A DNA stretch of 10,785 nt from Candidatus Asbonarchaeum danakilense (lineage in GTDB: Archaea > Nanohalarchaeota > Nanosalinia > Nanosalinales > Nanoanaerosalinaceae), in NCBI GenBank assembly GCA_034190465.1, contig JAXINV010000071.1, positions 1-10,785 on the forward strand, read 5' to 3'. This document shows positions 1 through 5,680 of the stretch, in pieces; the stretch's first letter is position 1, and each line of letters begins with the position of its first letter. The notes below the pieces were generated by a model. That model was not told the DNA's origin. It searched no databases and saw nothing but the letters and a program-made list of their open reading frames with translations. Both the position numbers and the translations under genes were made by a program.

Positions 1-2
1 AA

Positions 3-1586
3 GATTCGGCAGGTACGGGTTTAGCAGGTGTTGAAACTGTAAGCACTTCGGCTGGTACGAGTCCAGGTGGATCCGGTGGGCTTTATTTTGTTGACGCAGA
101 TGGAACAAGTTCCGGATCTTACCAGAGTTCCGACGAAATCTTCCTTGATCCAAATATTGGTGCCGCCTCAAATTTGGAACTTGACACCGATGCCAGTGTT
201 GATAACGACGGTGATGGAACGGCTGGGGATGACGCCGTAATCTTTGACGGTGGAGATACTGCCATTGATACAGCAGAAAACATTTCAATGACACAGTTCG
301 CCTCCGGCGATAATGTAGACTTTGCTGATGGTGGCGCTACCTCAGGTTCCTACGACGACGGGGAAGATATTGTGACCGATGCAGGAGGAAGTGGGACCTT
401 ATCTCTTGCAGCAGATTCCTCCGTCAACGCCAACGGCGATGGTGTCTCGGCGTCGGATGGTTCAGCCATCGTCGACCTCAGAACTGCTTCAGGCGGGCAG
501 TGGGTCGACATCGATAGCAACGGCTACGATGCCGGCGACGAGATCTTCAGCGACGACGACAGCGACGGCGTCTACACCAACCAGTCCGACACGTTGATCA
601 GTAACACGGGGACGACGGATGTGGTTGTCGGCAATACGCTCACCTCGTTCGCTTCGTCGACGAGGCACGATGAGTCGGTCGCCACTAACTCGCAGTACGA
701 TAACGGTGAGAACATCGTTGATGACGCTGGTTCCGTGTCAGGCGAGTTTGAAGGCGGTGATACCGTTCTCTATGGGTCGTTGAGTACAGGTTCTGGTGTC
801 CAGTACTGGGCGACGGACAGTTCCACGGTCTCCGGTGTGTCCGGGCTGCGGACAAAGCTCCTGGACACTGTTCCTGACGCGGTCTTCATCGAGGAGAAGG
901 ACAGCCAGGACCAGCAGGAGGCGTATGTCGTCGAGCCGGCCTGGGACGGGACCGATTCCGAGGTCGAGGTCGGTGGTGAAGACGTCAGTGCCGCTGTCTC
1001 GTTCACCGGGACGCGGTCGCGTGCGCAGCTGAACACCGATGACAACGTGTACCAGAGCTATGACTCGTTCGGCACGTTCGTCCAGGAGGACACGTCCGGC
1101 ACCGGCAGCGTCACCATCAACTACCCCGACCAGCAGGCGGTCGCCGGTGCAGCGTTCACCGGTGCTGCGGGCGGGCTTTCGACCGGTGGCACGTCCAGTG
1201 AACAGGTCTCCGTGACCTACACCGGTGTCACCAACCAGGACATCCGTGGCAGCATGCCTGCGGTCGCAGCGGTCGACTCCCAGGTCTCCCAGCAGACAAA
1301 GCAGAACGCTGACCTGATCCTGGTCGGTGGTCCGGCGGTCAACACCTTGGTCGCCGACCTCGCCGCGCAGGGTGACACGTGGACCGTGCAGGAGTGGCGG
1401 AACCAGCATCAGGGCGAGGCGTTGCTGCAGCTGGTGGAGGACGCGTTCAGCCAGGGCAACCATGCGCTCATCGTCGCCGGCTACATGGCGGACGACACCG
1501 CGCGGGCTGCCGAGTACATCAGCGACTACGGCCAGCACCAGGCCGCGCTGCAGGGCGAGACGCAGTACACACCGTCCGGGGACTGA
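3..1586 (+). CDS. S-layer protein, C-terminal part (5' truncated by the window edge)
   Basis: The frame is open from base 3 (DSAGTGLAGVET...), so the TTG at 174 is not the true start. The protein is D/S/G/T-rich. The C-terminus has 'DLILVGGPAVNTLV ... ALLQLVEDAF ... ALIVAGYMADDTARAA', the signature of the archaeal S-layer C-terminal domain (Methanococcales/Thermococcales/DPANN type). Confidence 0.85.
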   Translation, partial: DSAGTGLAGVETVSTSAGTSPGGSGGLYFVDADGTSSGSYQSSDEIFLDPNIGAASNLELDTDASVDNDGDGTAGDDAVIFDGGDTAIDTAENISMTQFASGDNVDFADGGATSGSYDDGEDIVTDAGGSGTLSLAADSSVNANGDGVSASDGSAIVDLRTASGGQWVDIDSNGYDAGDEIFSDDDSDGVYTNQSDTLISNTGTTDVVVGNTLTSFASSTRHDESVATNSQYDNGENIVDDAGSVSGEFEGGDTVLYGSLSTGSGVQYWATDSSTVSGVSGLRTKLLDTVPDAVFIEEKDSQDQQEAYVVEPAWDGTDSEVEVGGEDVSAAVSFTGTRSRAQLNTDDNVYQSYDSFGTFVQEDTSGTGSVTINYPDQQAVAGAAFTGAAGGLSTGGTSSEQVSVTYTGVTNQDIRGSMPAVAAVDSQVSQQTKQNADLILVGGPAVNTLVADLAAQGDTWTVQEWRNQHQGEALLQLVEDAFSQGNHALIVAGYMADDTARAAEYISDYGQHQAALQGETQYTPSGD

Positions 1587-1593
1587 TCCCCGG
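1576..1593 (+). terminator. Stem-loop over the S-layer stop codon (possible terminator or mRNA-stabilising hairpin)
   Basis: Perfect 7-bp inverted repeat CCGGGGA-ctga-TCCCCGG with the TGA stop in the loop. Confidence 0.4.
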
Positions 1594-1605
1594 GCAGGGT
1601 TACGC

Positions 1606-1613
1606 TTTTATCT
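1606..1613 (+). promoter_or_regulatory. TATA box for the 1635 gene (likely leaderless mRNA)
   Basis: TTTTATCT about 25 nt upstream of ATG 1635 in an otherwise GC-rich context. Confidence 0.55.
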
Positions 1614-1634
1614 CGTTGACGTCCAGACAGGACC

Positions 1635-2735
1635 ATGCGCAGGACAGCGGTTTTCATCTTCCTTGTCGTCCTCCTCCCGCTCGGTGCCGCTTCCACGTTC
1701 GACACCGTGCTGTACACCGATGACCTGACCGAGGACCTCCGGATCACCGGTGCGGTCTGGCCGGATTACCAGCGGCAGGGCGTTGATACCGTGTTCAAGT
1801 ACCGGCTGGAGATTGTGAACGACGGGTTCAACGGTACCAAGGTCGACAGTTTCCACATCCTGGTCAGGAACGGGTCGGGCGTCGTCACGAGGAAACGGGT
1901 CAGCACGGAGAACCTCGTCATCGAGGACGGCCTCACCGAGCCGCGGTACGCCCGGTTCACCATCCCGGTCCGGCCTGACAGGGTGACAGGGCTCCGGTTC
2001 CGGTTGAACCATACCGCGGTGTTGACGAGCGGTGAACAGGTGTTCCGCCGGTTGCAGGGCGGTATATCGCTGTCGTTGCAGCCGCCGAACCAGACGCTGG
2101 ACAGTTTCTCGACCAACGTCTCCGAGGCGTTCCGGGACAGGAAGATCTGGGTCACCGGTGAGACCTCGGGTGTCGACCGTGTCACGATCCAGGGTTCCAC
2201 GTTCCAGGTGGAGGCCGGCAGGTTCCAGGGTCGCGTACCCCTACTACCCGACGACCTGACACCCGGCCCTGAGGAGATCCCGTACATGATAGAGACGTCT
2301 ACAGGCCTTATTTTTCAGAGGAACGTCACCACAACCATTGTTAACAGACGTCCGTCCATCAATCTGAGTTCCGATGCTTCCACGGTGAAAGGCGAGCCGC
2401 TCCCGGTCACGGTGCAGTGGAGGGACGATACCGGGATCGCGACCGTCAGCTACACGTTCAGGGGTGAGACGTTCACCAATGCCTCCTCCACGTTCAACAT
2501 CGCCACAACGGATCTTTCCGTGGGGGATTACACGTTCAACGTCTCCGTGACGGATCATGACGGCGCCACCGCAACGGCGAATGCCTCGTTCACCGTAAAG
2601 AAGGAACAGCAGGGGGGCAACGGTTCTGATGGTGGGTCGGAAGGGAGGAAAGAGCAGTCGAGCTCGATCCCGATCATCGGCCCGATCCGTGACTTCATCG
2701 AGGGACTGATCCGGTCGTTGCTCGGTATCGGATGA
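1635..2735 (+). CDS. Secreted/cell-surface protein with probable Ig-like beta-sandwich domains and a C-terminal amphipathic helix
   Basis: Signal peptide MRRTAVFIFLVVLLPLGAA. Several N-x-S/T sequons. 'LSVGDYTFNVSVTDHDGATATANASFTV' resembles a PKD/Ig-like strand pattern. A G/S linker is followed by IPIIGPIRDFIEGLIRSLLGIG. Confidence 0.75.
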   Translation: MRRTAVFIFLVVLLPLGAASTFDTVLYTDDLTEDLRITGAVWPDYQRQGVDTVFKYRLEIVNDGFNGTKVDSFHILVRNGSGVVTRKRVSTENLVIEDGLTEPRYARFTIPVRPDRVTGLRFRLNHTAVLTSGEQVFRRLQGGISLSLQPPNQTLDSFSTNVSEAFRDRKIWVTGETSGVDRVTIQGSTFQVEAGRFQGRVPLLPDDLTPGPEEIPYMIETSTGLIFQRNVTTTIVNRRPSINLSSDASTVKGEPLPVTVQWRDDTGIATVSYTFRGETFTNASSTFNIATTDLSVGDYTFNVSVTDHDGATATANASFTVKKEQQGGNGSDGGSEGRKEQSSSIPIIGPIRDFIEGLIRSLLGIG

Positions 2736-2738
2736 GTC

Positions 2739-3359
2739 TCAGTCCCCTGACTGCTGATTGTTCCCGCTCTGCTGGTTCTCCTTGTCTGCGGGGCCGAGGA
2801 AGTCACCAAATCCAGAGAGGAAGTCCATGATGCTGTTGCCGAACCCGGCAAATCCTTTGAGCTTGTTCTTGCCTGTGAACAGTGCTGCTTCTTTTGCTTC
2901 TGAAGGGTCACGGGTCTTCGCTGTTTCGACCAGGGAATGGGCGCGGGAAGCAGTCCCGCTCGGCACCTCCATATTCTCTAGGAGGTTGAGGACACGGTTC
3001 AGGGATTCGCTCTGGTTGCTGCTTGCGTAGGCCTCTACCTGCTGGATGCCCTGGAGGACGGATCTGTAGTACTGGGATTTGTACTGGCTGTCCTGTTCGA
3101 TAGTTCCAAGCTCTGAGACACGTTCATAGATGGCGGTTGCAGGGCTTATGATTCCATACGAGGTCATGAAGTAGTCGAACGCCTTGTCCTGGTTGTAGAG
3201 CGGGTGCGACGGTGTGACGATCCCGGGCGTGGGCTTGAGGCTCTCACTGTTACCGCTGCCGTCCCCGCCGTTGCTTGCAGCCAACCCCATCGTTGTGAGG
3301 AGCGAGGTCAGGAGCAGGACTGACAGGACGGCCGCCCCGGCTCCGCGTCGCATGTGCAT
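2739..3359 (-). CDS. Secreted DUF5667-like helical protein (start at 3359 or 3353, not 3422)
   Basis: Signal peptide MHMRRGAGAAVLSVLLLTSLLTTMGLAA. Motif PGIVTPSHPLYNQDKAFD...YERVSELG is shared with the neighbour at 3455. A TATA-like element lies about 28 nt upstream of 3359. Confidence 0.7.
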   Translation of the reverse strand: MHMRRGAGAAVLSVLLLTSLLTTMGLAASNGGDGSGNSESLKPTPGIVTPSHPLYNQDKAFDYFMTSYGIISPATAIYERVSELGTIEQDSQYKSQYYRSVLQGIQQVEAYASSNQSESLNRVLNLLENMEVPSGTASRAHSLVETAKTRDPSEAKEAALFTGKNKLKGFAGFGNSIMDFLSGFGDFLGPADKENQQSGNNQQSGD

Positions 3360-3382
3360 AAACCAGGACTGGGGGTTCCGGG

Positions 3383-3432
3383 TAGATAAATATTTCCTCG
3401 GGAGGTGTCCCGGCCGGCCCATTCTTTAAGTA
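3383..3432. promoter_or_regulatory. Divergent TATA boxes for the two DUF5667-like genes
   Basis: Minus strand AAATATTTATCTA (~3395-3383) upstream of ATG 3359. Plus strand TTTAAGTA (3425-3432) upstream of ATG 3455. Both are at typical leaderless spacing. Confidence 0.6.
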
Positions 3433-3454
3433 GGGGCCGGTGTAAGACAGACCT

Positions 3455-3955
3455 ATGCGATGGACGATCATGGCTGCGCTGGTGCTCGTGCTGTCAGCCG
3501 GGACAGCGGCGGCCACACAGGTCGATGTCAGGCCGGGAATGATCGGTCCGAGCAACCCACTGCACGGGCTTGACGTGGCGTTCGACAACGCTATGATGGC
3601 GGTCGGTCTGACCAGCCCTGGCCAGGTGGCCTATGAACGTGCCTCTGAACTTGGCGTCCTCCAGCGGAAGAACTTGACGGATACACCAGCGTTCAACCGT
3701 ACCATGCGGGCGATGAACCGTGTCGCCCAGCGGGCTTCGAACAAGAGCATCAAAGGTCTGCAGAAGGCAGAAGCCGTCCTGCAGCGGGTCATGCAGCGGG
3801 CTCCGGCCCAGGCACAGCACGGACTCCAGACCGCGCTTGGTAATATCCAAAAGGCGAAGAACAGGCGGCCCTCGGCCCAGCAGAACGGCCCGTCCGGTCA
3901 GAACGGCGCACCGGACAGCACTCCCGGCGGTCCGTCGAACGGCCAGCGCCCGTGA
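3455..3955 (+). CDS. Secreted DUF5667-like helical protein
   Basis: Signal peptide MRWTIMAALVLVLSAGTAAA. PGMIGPSNPLHGLDVAFD...YERASELG resembles the 'PG.P..PLY.L....E ... ER..E' start of DUF5667. The C-terminus has an 'AQHGLQTAL' helix and a low-complexity G/P/N tail. Confidence 0.75.
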   Translation: MRWTIMAALVLVLSAGTAAATQVDVRPGMIGPSNPLHGLDVAFDNAMMAVGLTSPGQVAYERASELGVLQRKNLTDTPAFNRTMRAMNRVAQRASNKSIKGLQKAEAVLQRVMQRAPAQAQHGLQTALGNIQKAKNRRPSAQQNGPSGQNGAPDSTPGGPSNGQRP

Positions 3956-3976
3956 CCGTTTCTTCCACTGCACTCA

Positions 3977-4160
3977 AGAAGCCAGAATGTGAACCGGTCG
4001 CGAAGGACGGGCGAAGTTTCTGGTCGGGTCGCAGAGCGACCCCGGCCTATCGTCATCGCCGATTTGCGATGGGAACGCCTGGTTGAAGATCAGGGGGATC
4101 TTCTGCACCCGTCTTCTCTCACCGTGTTCGAGAAGCCAGGATTTGAACCGGTCTGCGGAG
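3977..4160. repeat. Degenerate direct repeat pair (3977-4005 and 4131-4160) containing a decayed tRNA-Phe T-loop segment
   Basis: AGAAGCCAGAATGTGAACCGGTC-GCGAAG vs AGAAGCCAGGATTTGAACCGGTCTGCGGAG. Bases 4135-4151 (GCCAGGATTTGAACCGG) match the tRNA sequence GCCCGGATTTGAACCGG at 16/17. Confidence 0.7.
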
Positions 4161-4238
4161 CAGACCGCTAACCGCCTAAGGTTGTTATATGGCCTAATTC
4201 TTTAAATCAGATGCACAGAATCTCCTAAGTTCAGAGAT

Positions 4239-4394
4239 TGGGTTAGATATCGCTTATGATACCTTGTGAAAATTTATGATATCTTATGATTCCTTATGAA
4301 GTACACGTAGATATCTCTCTAGGTTAGAGGGCTGGGTTAGATATCGCTTCTGATATCTTGTGAAAATTTATGATATCTTATGATTCCTTTTGAT
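4239..4394. repeat. AT-rich direct repeat with 94-bp period; each copy contains five tandem 10-bp units (consensus about ATCTTATGAT)
   Basis: 4239-4299 vs 4333-4393: TGGGTTAGATATCGCTT(A/C)TGATA(C/T)CTTGTGAAAATTTATGATATCTTATGATTCCTT(A/T)TGA, with only 3 mismatches. Confidence 0.9.
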
Positions 4395-4578
4395 ATCTTT
4401 GTACGTAGCTGAGTAAGGTTTCAAGATTTAGGGTTATTTAATCTCTATTTGTATAATAAGTAGAAAAGAACCGAACACTTTGTATAATGGACGCCCGGAG
4501 CAGGTCGACGTGTTCTGTTCCATCGCTGATTGCTGTGCGTGGTCGGTTCCTGTGTCCGGAACCTGACAGAATGGGAAG

Positions 4579-4758
4579 TGGGAACGCCCGGATTTGAACG
4601 TCGGAAACCGATTTCCTCAGGTATCAAATCCGGGTATGAGCATATCTTTGATATGGGAACGCCCGGATTTGAACTGTCGCAAATCAGAGATTGTGCTCAA
4701 GGTTCAAATCACGGGCCGCTCATCGAGAGAATCGAGATGGGAACGCCCGGATTTGAAC
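4579..4758. repeat. Three exact 21-bp copies of the tRNA-Phe 3' end with interleaved imperfect inverted copies
   Basis: TGGGAACGCCCGGATTTGAAC at 4579-4599, 4654-4674 and 4738-4758 (the last is the tRNA itself). Inverted copies: GTATCAAATCCGGG (4621-4634) and GGTTCAAATCACGGGC (4701-4716). Confidence 0.95.
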
Positions 4759-4811
4759 CGGGGACAACGAGATCTTCAGTCTCGCGCTCTCCCAGACTGA
4801 GCTACGCTCCC
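4738..4811 (-). tRNA. tRNA-Phe (anticodon GAA), no intron, CCA not encoded
   Basis: Reverse complement: GGGAGCG TA GCTC AGTCTGGGA GAGC G CGAGA CTGAAGA TCTCG TTGTC CCCGG TTCAAAT CCGGG CGTTCCC A. This is a complete cloverleaf with anticodon loop CT-GAA-GA. Confidence 0.97.
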
Positions 4812-4903
4812 AGTGAACGCGGCGGTGTTCGATCGCGCCGACCGGTTCAGTGGAACCGGTCTGTAGGCATGTGTCACCGGTGAAGGCTTAAATATGCTTG
4901 CGG

Positions 4904-5155
4904 TCAGTCCGGGTTGAGGTCGGACTGGTAGATCTTGTACGTCTCGTCGTCCTTCTCGTAGATGAAGAACGTGCCGTCCTCGTCCTCATCGTTCTCCACC
5001 CAGGACGCGTCCTCGATGCCCAGGCTGTCCTGGTAGTTCGCCGCCTCCGGGTCGTCCACCTTTCCCCAGCGCAGCTCGACCTCTTCGCCGTCGCTCTGCC
5101 GGGTCGCGGTGACTGTGCCTTTCTCCTCGATGTTGAGTCCGTCAGCCGTCTCCAT
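4904..5155 (-). CDS. Small acidic hypothetical protein (83 aa, METADGLNIEEK...)
   Basis: 3' portion of the 4904-5653 ORF. From ATG 5155 the codon usage and D/E-rich composition match the host genes. A TTGAAAAA box lies about 25 nt upstream. The upstream part of the ORF is just the antisense of the next gene. Confidence 0.75.
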   Translation of the reverse strand: METADGLNIEEKGTVTATRQSDGEEVELRWGKVDDPEAANYQDSLGIEDASWVENDEDEDGTFFIYEKDDETYKIYQSDLNPD

Positions 5156-5177
5156 GCGGTCGGCTTGTCCACCCAGC

Positions 5178-5205
5178 TTTTTCAACCATCCGGGCCGTTG
5201 AAAAA
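5178..5205. promoter_or_regulatory. Symmetric divergent promoter / operator palindrome
   Basis: TTTTTCAAC-N10-GTTGAAAAA, a perfect 9-bp inverted repeat. Each arm is at TATA distance from one of the divergent ATGs (5155 and 5222/5228). Confidence 0.55.
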
Positions 5206-5227
5206 CGTCCCTGCCCCAGTCATGGCT

Positions 5228-5680
5228 ATGCAGTACCCGCCGATGGAGGATCCGTACCGGTTGGATACGGACCGCGACGAACTCGTCACCGACTACGACC
5301 TGGCCGATGATCCCGACCTCGAGGACACAGCACTCAGCAGCGCCGACAGAGAGCTCCTCGATGACCTCGACGATATCCTGGTGGACGACACCGTGGAACA
5401 CCTGTATCTCGGCGGGAGCTCGGTCGACGAGCAAGGGTACGACGACATCGACCTGTTCCTCAGGTTCGACGACGACATCGAGGGTATCGAAAAAGTCGAG
5501 CAGTACCAGGAAGTCAAGGAACGTGTCGAGGAGGCGGATACCGTCATCCATGACGAGGACGTCCACGTGAGCGGGGTGTACGGTAAGGTGACAGGGCTTA
5601 CCAGCGCCCGGCTCCAGTTCACCTACTTCGGGGTCAGTCACGGCACACCGCACGCCGCCCGGTTCGACGTCTCCTTCTAG
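5228..5680 (+). CDS. Pol-beta superfamily minimal nucleotidyltransferase domain protein (start 5228, alternatively 5222)
   Basis: 'HLYLGGSSVDEQGYDDIDLFL' fits the hG[GS]...DhDh catalytic motif. A late 'RFDVSF' could supply the third Asp. Composition is highly acidic. Confidence 0.72.
   Translation: MQYPPMEDPYRLDTDRDELVTDYDLADDPDLEDTALSSADRELLDDLDDILVDDTVEHLYLGGSSVDEQGYDDIDLFLRFDDDIEGIEKVEQYQEVKERVEEADTVIHDEDVHVSGVYGKVTGLTSARLQFTYFGVSHGTPHAARFDVSF

Noticed and set aside
4587..4720. Canonical integron attC sites
   Set aside because: The ends (TTTGAAC / GTTCAAA) do not fit RYYYAAC/GTTRRRY, and there are no cassette ORFs or intI in the window. Only an architectural analogy is kept.
4579..4737. 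Additional tRNA genes or split-tRNA 3' halves
   Set aside because: The copies stop at the T-loop and lack the 5' strand of the T-stem, the anticodon arm and the D arm. No cloverleaf or half-tRNA can be built.
3956..4740. Intact provirus or integrative element at tRNA-Phe
   Set aside because: No integrase, replication or structural gene lies between any of the att-like copies.
4579..4758. CRISPR array (three identical 21-bp repeats)
   Set aside because: The repeat is the tRNA-Phe 3' end. The 54- and 63-bp spacers resemble each other and contain inverted repeat copies. No cas genes are in the window.
4841..4860. ORB-like element (GTTCAGTGGAAC) indicating a chromosomal origin
   Set aside because: A single weak match with no G-string, no repetition and no orc1/cdc6 gene in the window.
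3989..4883. Short ORFs 3989-4171, 4445-4627, 4530-4883 and 4594-4800
   Set aside because: They overlap the tRNA or its repeats. The repeated peptide MGTPGFE is just the translated tRNA antisense strand, and the composition is not host-like.
4898..5653. Two fully overlapping antiparallel 250-260 aa genes
   Set aside because: Each long ORF is a real short gene plus the antisense shadow of the other. The real genes are divergent (4904-5155 and 5228-5680).
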